64,000 bases of DNA from Octopus sinensis. Its lineage: Eukaryota. Below the pieces are notes generated by a model, which was not told the origin of the DNA, ran no database searches, and saw only the letters and a program-made list of their open reading frames with translations. Shown here one piece after another: positions 1-14,237 of the stretch. A program made the position numbers and the translations under genes. Within the stretch, counting starts at the first letter, position 1, and the number at the start of each line of letters is the position of its first letter. The stretch lies in NCBI RefSeq assembly GCF_006345805.1, contig NW_021832374.1, positions 248,001 to 312,000 of the forward strand, read 5' to 3'.

Positions 1-1104
1 GTAATAATTAAATATCGAGGTTTGTAGAATGGCGGGATTCAAATTTTGATTTCCATTTGTTATTCTCTGAGGAATATTGCAGATTGTGTAGTCAAATTGT
101 GTCTTGTCCTTTCTCTTAATTGCCCGTCGTCTGTCAGTGAGCTACTTAAAGTTGGATTTTATTTTTTTTACTTTTAGAACGGGTTTTTGGACTGTGCTGC
201 TGTTGTATTGGTACGTGAGAGGGAGGAATATAGTAGTCTGGCCAGGTTAGAGACAGTAATGACCATTTCCTCCATTTTCCTTCAAAATTATGAGGAGAAA
301 TCAATTTCGAATATAAATCTGAGTCGATCAATGATAGACACACTCTCCGTGGTAGTTGAAGGACTTGTAGGTTGTGTATTTCTCATAATTTATCAAGAAA
401 TATGTCAAAAGTCGTACGAAGATGACATTTTTACGACTTGTTTATCCGCATTGGTGAATATAGTGATATACGACCACACATTTGCTGAATTTATAGTCAT
501 GGCCGATGGTCTGTCCATTATTGTCAATGCCTGTAAGACCCGTCTACTTGGAAAGAACGTGTACATCAAAGACTGGGTTAAATATAATTAAATATAATGA
601 TAGTTATGCAGTCTCATGGTCTTGTTGGCTAATATTCAAGGCTATCATGAATATATGATTAACTCAGACTGTCTTTCACTTGTTTTGGCTTATCTCTTTG
701 AGTCTCCACATCCCTCACAAGTGGAATGTGAGTTTATGGCCAATATACGTGTTCTTCAAAAATCAATCAGAACTATGAGCAAATTGGCTTTTAGTAGAGG
801 GGTTTCTAAGATTATTTCCGAGAAGAATGGTTGGTTGTTTATTTTTAGTTTTGGAGGTGTTGGTAGGTTGATTGAGATTGCGAATAATGCGGAGTGTCGG
901 GGTAACTGTGAACATGTAAGGATGGAGGCTGTTGTATGATTGTGATTATTTTTATATTATTAGAGGACCCTGAATGTGATTGAGGCCAGGAATCAGATTG
1001 ATGAGAGTTGTGATGCTACGACTGTACAACGTATTTATCCTGCATTACTGAATTCTACGGTTGTTCCTACGAAAAATATTAATGGAACTATTAAAGAACC
1101 GTAA
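1..1104 (+). CDS. INSC: Inscuteable-like armadillo-repeat protein (3' part; 5' end lies upstream of the window; short introns)
   Basis: Spliced translation aligns by eye with the vertebrate INSC C-terminal ARM region: EICQKSYEDDIFTTCLSALVNI ~ KLCQEASSGEVFLLASAALANI; NVYIKDW..VLLANI ~ TPYTRDQIVTILANM; RVLQKSIRTMSKL ~ RVQQKAAVTLARL; GVGRLIEI ~ CMSRLIEL. Stop TAA at 1102-1104. Confidence 0.75.
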
Positions 1105-1319
1105 TCTATTTGAAATGATAACCTTTTATTTATGATCTTCAAAATGCGAATATTTATGTTCTTTTAGTGTTGTATTGTCACTTTACTTGGTTTTAGTAAA
1201 ATATTTGTATCAAAAAGTTATTTCAGACTATTTGTAGGGACTTGTTTTTTGAAGAAAAAATATCTATTTAACTGCAATTGTTGAGTCCCACACTTTTTAA
1301 TGTCTTTATGGCCTCTGCG

Positions 1320-1640
1320 CCTATGCCAGTCAATAGTCGTACTGAAATGGTGATCTATGCAGACGACATCATCCTCTGGGATCACTCGATGAAACCTGAG
1401 TGTGTGTCGTAGTTGCTGTGGATGGACTTGTAAACTGGTGTGGAAGTAGGGGTCTAAAGATGCGTGCGGACAAGTGCAGTGCCCTCAAAGTCTGTAAAAG
1501 GACGAGGAGTTATACTAATTACGTTCCTAGGTTATTGTTGAACGGGTCAGCAATCGCTGCAGTTGATCGTATGACTTATTTGGGAGTACTCTTCAAGCCT
1601 TCCGGTAAGTTCGATGATCACATTGTACGTCAAAAATGCA
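1320..1640 (+). mobile_element. Non-LTR retrotransposon reverse transcriptase fragment (degenerate)
   Basis: VIYADDIILW (YADD catalytic motif) near 1350, then WCGSRGLKMRADKC and TYLGV motifs in a shifted frame. Confidence 0.65.
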
Positions 1641-2349
1641 CGCACAGACGCAGTATCCCGGCCCGTGAGTTCGGCAGAAGAAGGCAGATCGTAAGCAAAG
1701 AGAAGAAAGCTATAAACAAAATTATCATAAGATATTTCTCCACTTTAATTAATTTTTTGTATGAAATTCTCCCTACGTAATGATTTCTTCCAAACTGGTG
1801 ACCGACCTAAAGGATGGTCTATTTGGAGTTCAGATTGTACCGTAAAACGAATAATAAATATAGATAATTCAAATCGGATTCACACCTCATGACAGTCTTC
1901 ACTATCAGTCTGTGTTTGAAGCAATCAACCGGCTGTGTCTTTAGTATTTTTTGTCGGCTATCAATTCAGTAGGAATCCGAGCAGTATTTGTTTTCATATG
2001 TGATGAAACAGCACACCTCGTCAGAAAAAAAACAAATAAAAAATTAACAACACAGTGTATTTAATTTCTGCATTTGAATATTATCGATCCCCATATTATA
2101 TTTATATCACAATAAACATCCCTGAACTGAACAAGCATTATATTCTGAATTTTGTACATGTTTTTCTGTCACTCAAATCAAATTATTCTACCTCAAAACG
2201 TATAATTCTATTTTTATTCCCATCGATTAGCTACTAGTTGTATAGCGGAGTATACTTTGAAGTACTCCAATGTGAGAGCGACCATTGAAACGGATTGGAA
2301 ATCCCATAGTTCGTAGTAGTAGCAAATCCTAAACATTCATGTTAACTAT

Positions 2350-4200
2350 CTACGTCTTCTTGAATAGGTTTTCCACAACGAATGTAAAGCCAATCGGATG
2401 TCCAATTCCCACATTTGACCAAAACTGCAATTTTTATTCATTAGCAAGCATTAGCCAAATATGGGCGTGTATCAACACTCGAGTTTTACAAGCAGAATTC
2501 GCGAAATGGCTTTGGCGTGTAACTAAACGTTTTTTGACAAACAAGAATGCCTATAGCGTACTCCTAATTTCCGGATTGTTAATGGATTCATTTCTGTAGT
2601 CGAATATTTATCATCTCGAGAGGAACGGAAGACTAGAGGAGGCCGATCAAGCCAAATGTTGAGCTGCCACCCATTCACACTTTTGTGATATTTCAATATC
2701 ATGTCTAACAAAAGGTAATGACACTCATCACCAAAATTAAAGAACCGAGTTCCTCCAATATTTTCCGCATTTTTTGTTCGATTTGCCTTTCTGAATTCGT
2801 CGCTTATGTCCCCAAGAACTTTATAAATCACGTAAGCACGTTCGCTCAACTAGAATAGACCGAACGGTTTACAAATGATCAAATGTCGATGTCTCCATTC
2901 GAACAGTTCAATATTCACACAAATATAATCCTCCATCGTGTATTTTAGAAGAAAGAATGCAAAGAAGGGTCACAGCGACAAGTTTATTAAGTATTTCCCA
3001 GTAGAATCATTTTCCTGCAATACTCGTGAAAGGCAGATTAACTGATAGAATTTCCATATTTCCGTCGAAATTGCTTTTCAAGACAGAGAACCAAAACTTC
3101 CATGTGCATAGATTATTATTCAAGATGGAAAGACTGTCCAAAGACTTGAAATACGACAACAAATCTGGAATAATCTCAAAACAATATTGATTTAGTCTGA
3201 GCCGACATAAACTATCTGCGTATGTCCATAAAAAAACAGTAGAGAAAACAGAGGACGACAAACCTTGTAAGTAGTGATGAGTAAATGGGAAATTACAAAC
3301 CCAAGAAATAGTCAGAAATGAAATTATGACGCACAGATACAACTTTGTAGGTTTCAGTGTTGGATAAAAGTTGAATATTGACTTCCTACGAGTGATTGAA
3401 TGGAGAGGATATCCCCATCAGTAATTTCTCGTTGTACTAAACTAGAAAACTGGGAATACGTCGCTTTGAAGTTTCCAGACAAGTCTGTGGTATATTATTT
3501 ATGATGGGACAAGCATATGGGCGTCGTAGATCTGTGTACTCCGATATGTGGACTAACTTAGCAAATGTGGTGGTCACTGGCAATGACTAATTCCCTTCCA
3601 GTGGGGGGAAACCAATCAATGCTTGTGATGTACTCACCGTGGCAGCAGTCTGTCAGTATTGGTTGTTGTTCATTCTGCGAATAAAAGTGATGAATACTCG
3701 GTCGTCAAACACATGGATATGCGTGTCATTCCCCACTGCAAAAAGATGAGTGCAATTATATTTTATGTGCCCCACAGACCCTAATAAATAGACACCATTC
3801 TTTTTTCCCCAAAAAGTGCAGTTGTCGAAAGGGTTCATCCTTCAAAAATCAGTCATGACAACTAGCCTATTGGTAGCCCCGGAAATGACAGAGGAAGGAT
3901 CTAGGGATTCGAGAGATGTAATTGACTCGGTATGATTCTTCAGGAGTGTCATCACTTGTTTGTCTCAAAATCTTTGTCGAGAACAAAATTTGAATTCTTG
4001 AATTAAAAAAGTGATTGGTCTACGCTATATGCATATTCTAGTGGTGTGGTTGAGGTCACGATTATTTGAGAAACTGGTTTGTGCCACAATTTGAGTTAAA
4101 GATGAATCGATTGAAAATATATTTGTGTTCCTTCCAACAGTTACTTATTAAAATACCCGGCCAGTAAAAACGTACTTCGCTGTTTATCTGAAGTAATCGC
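2350..4200 (-). CDS. Multi-exon hypothetical protein, possibly with WD40-like repeats at the N-terminus
   Basis: Several collinear minus-strand ORF pieces (3653-3838, 3007-3342, 2523-2849) separated by short intron-like gaps; one segment reads LKNHTESITSLESLDPSSVISGA (WD40-like). Boundaries are approximate. Confidence 0.4.
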
Positions 4201-4887
4201 AGAGATCTTTAGATGTTTTAATTATTTATTAACTTTTTTGTCCGCGAAATATTCTGTCCTTTCTTCTATATTCATACAACGATAAGATTTTGTCAGATTT
4301 TTTTACTTATTGTTTGGCCTGAAATGAATATTTAATTCAAAGTAACGAAAGATTTGCTGATGATTAATTACTTTAATCCGTTGTAGAACTTATTTAGCTA
4401 ACACATGACATACGTTTAAATGCAGTTTTGGAGAATATAAGGGATTTGTCCCAAGACTAATTAGCATTTGATTTTAATACTGTTTGTTTAAAATGTCAAA
4501 GTTTTATTAAAACAAATCGATTTTGAATTATTTTTGAATGTTTTATTATGTAAAAAATTTGGTGCACTTTTATACTTTTGAAAAAACTTAAATATTTTAT
4601 TAAAAATAAACAAGTGTCCCAAGACTAATTTCACCCAGTGTATAACATATCAATAATTCAAATGATAATCAAACTTGTAAAAGTATTCACAAAATTTCGA
4701 GATTAGCACATTTCGTCATTAATTTATATTGTACTCCAATTCGGGGACGCAACTCTTCGGAATTAGATAATTTTTTAGACTTTGATTTTAGCGACTTCCA
4801 CTTTCCAGGAGTCCTTTCCCCGTTTATAATCTTGCTAATCTGTTCATACATTAAACGATCGAATGAGTTGAATTTTTTCAAAAAGAA

Positions 4888-5526
4888 ATGAATCACTCGT
4901 CTACATGTCCCATTTCTTTCATACTCTTTTTGATCGTAAAATTCCCATCGACGGAAACTCAAACACAACGACAAATGAAGGACTGTACAATGCAGGTGTC
5001 GACTGCGTTGATTGTGTAATAGACTTGTGAGGACTGTCGAATTGAACAGTTAACAGCTGCCAATCTCCGTCTGAAGAACGTAGTGAGTGGCATGAAAAAG
5101 CAGATCCAAGACTTATCATACTCGTGTAAAGAACCGGACCCGCAGAGTGAGCAAGTGAACGGTGATTGTTTAGGGCATTTCAGAAATCATGAACTTGCAG
5201 AAAGCGTACTTGATCAAAAACATTGCCTACGAGCAAGCCACAATTACCACAGCGAAGAAACTGTTTCGAGGGATCGATAGAATGACAAGGAGGGGGAATG
5301 ACGAGTCGAGTCCTTCGCAGGTCGTGATATATCTGACGCAGAAACTGAAGGAGGCAGTCTTCGTGATACACAGTCTGACCCACGAGAAACAGCATTGTCT
5401 TGAAAATGTGTTTAAATCGTCGAACGAACAATCTCCTAAGCACAATGAAGTATCCGAACATTGTATGCCCGTCTCATTCTATTGTAGCTTTATCTAGGGA
5501 GTCTACAATCTTCGGACTTGGCTTAA
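4888..5526 (+). CDS. Coiled-coil protein with two CCDC57-like segments
   Basis: Splicing three short GT-AG introns gives RIEQLTAANLRLKNVVSGMKKQIQDL and VIYLTQKLKEAVFVIHSLTHEKQHCLE, resembling recalled CCDC57 segments. The product is much shorter than CCDC57. Confidence 0.4.
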
Positions 5527-5562
5527 TGCATTGTTTGAGTAGTAAAATAATTTAATTGCTCG

Positions 5563-5900
5563 TTATGTGTTATTGCGCTCACATTTGAGTTGGTTGTTCA
5601 TATCTTCATTATCAATCTGCAGTTTCTGGATGAAACGGACCAAGTCCCTCTGCACAATCTCCACATCGTCCAATGATCCCCGAAAACAGAGTTTTTGAGT
5701 GTACAACTCGCGTATCTCCGCATCACTCCTCTCCTGGCACGTCACGACACTCCCCAACCTGCTTAGATTGGATAATCATCGCACTGACCCCCTCGACGAC
5801 ATTCTCACCCCCTCAGAACAAGTCATTCTTCCAATTTCCAAGTCAGTCAGAATGGGTGCATTAATTTAGGCAATTAGCCAATCTCCTAATCTTCTGCTCA
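5563..5900 (-). CDS. Hypothetical coiled-coil protein (3' exon; 5' end unresolved)
   Basis: ORF 5563-5757 has heptad-like character and is convergent with the previous gene. Confidence 0.3.
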
Positions 5901-6194
5901 TATTTCTATTTGAGGATGTTCGAATGGTCCTGCAGTTCGAAAGAGTGGGCAGATCTCATCGACTTGACTTCGTTAGCATGGTTAAGCTTAAGATGTTCGT
6001 TGATTTTCACGAAAAATAATATCAAACTTTTTGAAATTTAATATAGCACGTTCTCTAAAAATTGTTTGTGATGCCTTTCCCGTCAAAGAAAAAATGTATT
6101 TTTAACTAAGCTATTAAGAAGGAATATCTATTTCTTAAAATATATGGAAGCGATCATAGTGCTGAATGCATGCTGTTTTATTCGCGTTTCTCAA

Positions 6195-6460
6195 TTTTTC
6201 ATGCAGGTCGCTTTGATATAAAGGCTCACTTATCATCAAATAAGCATAAAATATGCATTTCAACAGCTCAATATACTTGCATTGAACAATTTATTAAGAG
6301 TAAAAACTATTTATTTACTGCAAAAGAGGCAGTGTTTACATATCACGCTTCGCTCCATAACATTAGTTTTAATGTTTCTGACTGTTTTTCAAAATTAATA
6401 TCTATTTTGTTCGAACCATTGTTCACTTCATTTAGAACGAAAACTGAATGGGTTGATGTA
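6195..6460 (+). mobile_element. hAT-type transposase N-terminal fragment
   Basis: GRFDIKAHLSSNKHK...EAVFTYHASLHNISFNVSDCFSKLI..LFEP.F..RTK matches the conserved N-terminal region of animal hAT transposases. Confidence 0.55.
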
Positions 6461-7631
6461 GAAGCATCGGCCGAAAAAAATTAATAAAGAAATTGGATTG
6501 AATGAATGAAGAAACCGTCCAATCATTATTGAGTTGTAAATGGAATTTAATATAGTTGTTAAAAATAGTAAATTTGTAAATTGAACATTGACATGCCATG
6601 CATTGATTTTTTTGAACAAATCAAAAATAATCAAAAATTTCTAGTTAAATTTTATTCAGTTGGAATATTTCTATGAAATTAGTTAATTGAATTTCTTAGT
6701 TAATTTTAACTAAAGATATTTTCTTGTTTTTTTATGAAAATTTTTCTTGTCCTGGATTTATTAAATAATAAAATGGTAAGCTTATTTATAAGAGATACAA
6801 ATTATTTTCTAATATTATTAAGGTTCGGATTGTAAAAGATTACGGGACGCATCCTCCTTTAATGTTGGATGAATTTGAATCCAAGAATTCCTATACTTGC
6901 AAAATAGTCTAATTCAGAGGTGTAGGTCGAAATTTATGTTTAGGTCGAATTTCCAGATAGTGAGAAAAGGTCGGTGTTAATGTCTCGTCAGACAAATGAC
7001 AATTACATGTTTATTAATCAATTTTCAGAATTCATAATATTAATTTGTTAAATAGTTGCCACAGTGACACGTAAACAGACAGACTGCCCATAGCGACATG
7101 GCTATCCGTTTAACATATTATAATTAAAGGCACTTTTAAAAATAGTAACATTATTTCTGGTTCTTATTTATCTCATCTTTCCGAAATTGTTTTAGACCTT
7201 TTTTGCTTTTTAATTTCTTTCTAAGTTGAATTCTCCCATGTAATGATTTTATTTTTCATGTGATAAAATGATCTAATCAAGATATATAAAACTTAGACAA
7301 GTAAAGTATCCAAATCTTTTAATAACTAATAAATAAACTTTAATCAATAATAGTTCTGACGAATAGGAACTAACTTAATCGATAAGGAAGCAAAAGTGAG
7401 TAATGAACTCAATTTTATTTAAAAAAATAAATTAATACAAAATATTAATGACTAAAACATAGCAAATTAAAATATTGTATTTAAGCCATTTGTCTGTTAA
7501 TGAAATTAAAAACGAATTTTCCAAAATGCCGGCATTAAAATTATTATAAAAGCGCAGAGAACGTAAAAATTATTTCAGTTTTAATAATCAAGGAAAATGT
7601 ATGTCTATTGTATAATGCTCAATTTCTTTAG

Positions 7632-8100
7632 GACCGTAGCTAAAAAAAAGAGAGAAATCACCGTAAATACTTCTCCATGTAAAGAAAGTAATGACAATTT
7701 TGCCGAGCTTTTCAAAATCCGAATGACATGTTCCATTTGTCTCGATATTTTTGTGGAGGTTAATTACTTTTTTTAATTTTTATTTATTTAGGCAATAACA
7801 TTGTCATGCGGACATACTTTCTGTAGACAATGCATTGTAAGATGGGCTTCATATAAAAATAAATCGTGTCCTCTTTGTCGAGATTTAATCGAGTCATATC
7901 GCTATTCATCTGAACTGCATGATTATATTATTCGGATAGCAGAATTAATTGGCGGTAGTTTTAAAAACGAATACTATGAAACTATTCGCTCGAAAATTTG
8001 TAAGCGTTAAAAATATCAATTTTTAGTTTATACTTTATCACTAAGCGTTCTTGACCGTATAATCTACCATAACAGGCGGATTTCTGCCAGACGTTTCTGA
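7632..8100 (+). CDS. C3HC4 RING E3 ligase, RNF8-like (C-terminal exons; possible FHA-like exons upstream near 6773-7000)
   Basis: MTCSICLDIFVE|AITLSCGHTFCRQCIVRWASYKNKSCPLCR...YSSELHDYI resembles RNF8 CIICSEYFIEAVTLNCAHSFCSYCINEW...CPICR...YSLVLDNCI. A GT-AG intron lies between VE and AI. Confidence 0.65.
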
Positions 8101-8739
8101 TTTTTTTAATATTATATACTCTTTCAATACTTTCTTTTTTAAAATTGCACTTTGTAAAAATGAATAATTTTTTGATTAAAATATAGCAAATATTTTAAAT
8201 AATTTTTTGTTCCAATACATTTTCACGATATATACTTCCTAAAAGTCAAACATAAAATATTGATATTTTAATTAGGGTTAAAATGTTTTTAGTGATTTTC
8301 CTAAAAAAGGAACTAACATGATAAGTGATTCAGAAACACTGTTATAAACCCGATTTATTAAAAAAATAATGAGTAATGATTAATTTTTAATTGATGCGTC
8401 TACTATCCGTCAATTCTCTGAATCTTCGAGGAAGAGCCAATCTCTTTGACGGGAACACTCATTCTCTGTAGTCGCTATCAAGTCTGACCCAATGGCCACA
8501 CTAGGAAAAGATTCCTCCGTAGTTCCATTTTTAAACCAAGACTTTTGGCATTCTTTCGGCGAGTGGCTATAAAAACGTAATTTATATTATGTGGTTGTTT
8601 TTCAGTCATGGACACATTAATTATTTCATCTTTTCTTACGGTTCGTTCAGTGCTTGAACCTCTCATCCTTCACTTGGCTCCAGGTCATCCTGCAGCTTGG
8701 CTGAGTGCTCTCTCGATCTTGGATTATGATGCCAACTAA

Positions 8740-9400
8740 GGATATTCTACTTAAACTTTTCCACCTTCTTTTCCATGGTCTTTTTTGGATTAAGGGACTG
8801 GATATATGCACTCACCAAAATCTTAATCTTGCTTATAATACCGTAAAACAATTTTGTCCAGGAATAGAAGGACTGAGACAATTTTCACATGCTTCTTGTG
8901 GATCAGACTTAGCTCAAAAGCCAAGAGGTCATATTTGTCAAACTCTGCGACTTCCACTTGACTCAGTAAGCATGTAACGTTATTCATTTAGAGTTGTATT
9001 CCGTGACTTTTCCAGAACGAACATGTCTGACTTTTTGTTTTCTATTACAGAATCCGGTCCTGAGACGGCGATCACTCGTATTTCAACAAAATTGTTCATC
9101 ACACTAACTGAACAGAATGAGTCTTGAAATTCTTTGACTTCTTATTCCACAAATTTTATATTTGTAAGCGGATATACCTGACGACTTCACTATGTCTCCG
9201 TAAATAATGACCGTTTAGCATCCTCCTGCGCCTTGTTGCTTGATGGTACACCGTTTTCTTATCCGGGTTCCAATGGTAACACTGTCAGCCCTCGTAATCC
9301 AGAAATAAATTTCAGTCCTCCATCATACATAACATTGCTTCGCTAACTGGAAAACTGTTTCGATACTTTAGCCACCATGAGAACTCAAAGACTTTGGGCT
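8740..9400 (+). mobile_element. Possible highly degenerate BEL/Pao integrase remnant
   Basis: Weak collinear motifs FHG..FWIKG, FSH, VIHLEL and PPAP across frameshifts in a GC-richer island. Confidence 0.3.
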
Positions 9401-9584
9401 CAATTAGACACGTGAATAGACAGAATGAATCGATTTCTTGTTGATGAGTTTTAGCAAAAATGTTAGTCGGAAAAATTAAGCAATAGAAAAATTGATATAA
9501 CTTTTTAAAATGATATTTTTGTTTAAATTTATATGATAAATTCGTAATTAAATACGGCCTGAGTCAATTTTTTTGTTTCTCAAA

Positions 9585-9755
9585 CGGAACACTGACCAAA
9601 TTCATCCTCGATTATGAATTAAAAATCATAACTCGTTGAGCAAAATAGCAGATCGTTGGGTACTCGTTTTTTTCAAAAAACAAATTCCTATCTAAATTAA
9701 GTAATTATTTTTTTACAAGAATTATCTAAGATTAATGAATTTGGTCAGTATTCCG
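9585..9755. repeat. MITE-like element defined by a 21-bp inverted repeat
   Basis: cggaacactgaccaaattcat (9585-9605) versus atgaatttggtcagtattccg (9735-9755): reverse complements with one mismatch. No clear TSD. Confidence 0.6.
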
Positions 9756-10010
9756 CAAGCTGTCTACAATAATTTGTTGTCAATTATGATACTAAACGTA
9801 AGGAAATTTTTTAGTCTGTTTCCTTAAACTTTTTAAAGAAATGTCATATATTTCAACTAAGCTAAACTTAATTGTTATAAATTACTAATCAAAAATAAAA
9901 CTATTTTGTAGTATAGTAATTTCTGTAATGAATGGATCTTATTACAAAAAACTCAAAAAATTTAATTGATATTAAAACCAAATAGTATACTTGTTGCTTA
10001 GATATTTATA

Positions 10011-10390
10011 ATGGATTTATCTCATAATGAATGTTTATCATTGGAATCATACAAATATGATATCACAAAATGTAGTAAAATAATTAATTCTGTTTTTATA
10101 AAGCTCTTAGCGACCTGCGTAAAGAAATGGAAAAAATTCAAACCGAAATTAATTGTTATATAAAAGAAAAAAATGATATGGAAAACAATTTTAAACAAAA
10201 TTTACGAAAATTTATTCTTGTTAGCAAAAAAATTATCAAATGCAAAGACGACAAAAATGAAATTGAGAAAACATTAGCACGTGTGAAATCGGCATATATC
10301 AAGGTTTATTTCCGAGACTAAATTATCATACAGATAATGGAAAATTCGTACGCACTTTTAAGAATACTCGAAGCGAATGAAACAGGTTAA
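10011..10390 (+). CDS. SSNA1: SSNA1/NA14/DIP13 microtubule-associated coiled-coil protein
   Basis: ATG 10011; introns 10072-10103 (32 nt) and 10304-10333 (30 nt); TAA 10388-10390. KNEIEKTLARVKSAYIKIMENSYALLRIL ~ human [29 protein letters not shown]. Confidence 0.75.
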
Positions 10391-10738
10391 AATTAAACTG
10401 AATTCTGATTTGTCAAACAACCGTTATTAAACATTTTAATTCTTTCTAAATACAGTAAAGTCTTTTATATCCGCCAAAAACAGAACTTCTAGAAATCTGG
10501 CGGTTATTAGAAAATGGCAGACAGCAGAATCCATATAAATTTTGTAGTTTTTTTTTCTTGAAGGCCATATTAAGCCGATAACCATTAACGGAGAGATTGA
10601 TTAAAAAAATAATTATTTGTAAAGATAGCATTCTTTTTATTAACACTTTTTAGCTTATCAAAATATTTATCTACTGGCTGAATCAGAATTTTTCCATTTA
10701 AAATATATTTTTGTGACGGTTATCAGACGGTGGCTGAT

Positions 10739-10821
10739 ATTGTATTTTTGTAAATAATGAAATCTTAATTCCTGAAATAACAAGCAACGGCGATTATCTT
10801 TTTATTTACGTAAAATTCAAA
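10739..10821. repeat. Dispersed repeat of about 85 bp (second copy inverted at 55116-55200)
   Basis: Core ttcctgaaataacaagcaacggcgattatc is the exact reverse complement of sequence at 55139-55168; a few mismatches lie in the flanks. Confidence 0.8.
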
Positions 10822-10911
10822 TAGTTTAACAAACTAAAAGAAACAATAAAAAAACACTCTTGGATTATTGAATTTTAAAAGAAAACAAATCAAAAAAGTA
10901 ATGATAGAAAA

Positions 10912-12317
<1,406 letters not shown>

Positions 12318-13603
12318 GTTGTGTACGTTCTACAGTTTATCTGTGCGGTATTTTATTTATTTGGGTTAACCATGATAGATTAATGTATAAATCTGATAAG
12401 AAATTGATAAGTATTATATTAAATATTTTATTCAAGTCGATTTTAGAGTGTATTTCAATTAATCCAGTCGAGCTGTTTGAAATACAGTCACTATTGGAGA
12501 GAGTTACCTGCAACTCATCTCAATACTACTAGATAGCAAAATAAGTCTCTCTCGCTAAGTATAGACATTTGAAGCCAAAAAGAAAGCAAGTCTGTGCATA
12601 TTCGTATATATTTCAGACTATATAACATGGAAAAAAAACAAATTCTGTCAAAAAACAAATTCGCATTTCCCAAAAGCCTAAATATTTTAACAATAATATT
12701 AAAATGGAATGAATAAACATTTAATTCTGTAAATGCTTATCATTCTGATTATTTCAGTGAATTTTGGCCAGATTTAGCTTTTAATTACAAATAAAAATAA
12801 CAACAGAGTTTACTAGTCAATTATTTATGGCAAAAAAATTACCGAAAAAAACCAAAGAATAATAAAATTAATTTTTGTCTAGATTTAATATTTGATTATT
12901 TGTGAACGATATAGATGTGGGTATATTTAACTTTGAGAAATTATAATAATCATAAATATTGGAAGATTTGCTCTATTTTTGGACTTCAACTGTCTCTGCT
13001 CAACTGTTTGAGTACGATATCAGTCTGTTATTTTTTTATGTTTAATAAAAATTTAATAATTTAATTGCATGATCTTGAACATGCAACGTGTTATAATCAC
13101 ATTAATCTTACTTTAAATAATTATTGAATCATGAATTATTTTTTTCGGAAATAAAAGTCAACTGATGGGATTTGTAGTTTACAGCTGTTTAATGAAATAT
13201 AGTTGCTTTCATTACAAAATAATTTATTTTTTTAGAGAAGTTTTTTTATCATCAAATTTCAAAAGCTGCATGCAATTTATTTCTCTTTAATAGATTGAAA
13301 AATAATTATAGCGAATCAATAAAAAATGTATGGATTGTTTTTTGACATATATAATCACAAAATAAAAGAAAGCATCCTAATGAACTAAATGAAAAATATC
13401 ATTATTCAATATCGATTTTAACAAAAATCATTTTATTGCTATCTTGAAGATAGCTTTTCAGTGATATATCTGACCTCTCACATCACTTGTCATATTACAA
13501 AAATATATATTTAAGAATGATTAATTGTCGTGACGAAAACGGCAACATTTGCGTAGCTGTGCCATATAAATATAATTTTTGTTAATGGTCTATTAAAAAA
13601 TAA

Positions 13604-14092
13604 ATGTCAGAAACTGAACTTAGCCAAGAAAATATAAAAGTTTGTTCATATTTAAATTAAAATAATAAGATCATAAATGATACATGGACCTTAATTTCAG
13701 ATGATTTAGTTAAAACTGGTACAGATATTCTCCTGGAACTTTTCAAAGCTCACCCGGAATATAAAACAATGTTTAATTTTAAAGAGAAAGAAATTATATC
13801 AGATAAAAAATTTATTGAACATACTATTCGTTTTTCCAATTATATACAGGCAGCAATTTCAAATATTAATGTTCTCGAGACCACTGTCAAACCTCTGCTA
13901 TTAAATCTTGGCAAAAAACATCAAAAAATTGATGGATTCAAATGTGAATATTTTGACAGTGCTCCTGCTGCTGTTAAAGCAGTTATAAAAAATAGATTGA
14001 AGAATGATTATAACGAATCAATAGAAAGTGCATGGAATCCGTTTTTGATTTATATAATCAGAAAATTAAAAGAAGGCTTCCTAACGAACTAA
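13604..14092 (+). CDS. Single-domain globin (myoglobin/hemoglobin-like)
   Basis: ATG 13604; one 30-nt intron at 13640-13669 containing a stop. MSETELSQENIK|IINDTW...LFKAHPEYKTMF...FIEHT...LGKKH shows Trp A12, Pro C2, Phe CD1, His E7 and His F8. Confidence 0.9.
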
Positions 14093-14237
14093 ACGATAAC
14101 TAACATTATTAGATATCAATTCTAACAAAAATCGTTGTATTATTAACTGTAACCTATGGTTAATTAGTTAATTATATTTTGTAGAATAGATAGAATAATT
14201 CTATGGTAACATGAGTAATTATATATTATTTTAAGAC

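Noticed and set aside
4441-4645. Tc1-like terminal sequence (gtcccaagactaatt twice, ending cacccagtgta-ta)
   Set aside because: Only one end is recognisable, with no matching inverted terminus or transposase.
8660-8735. Possible ninth CRE fragment (PAAWLSAL)
   Set aside because: Too short, and no further collinear motifs.
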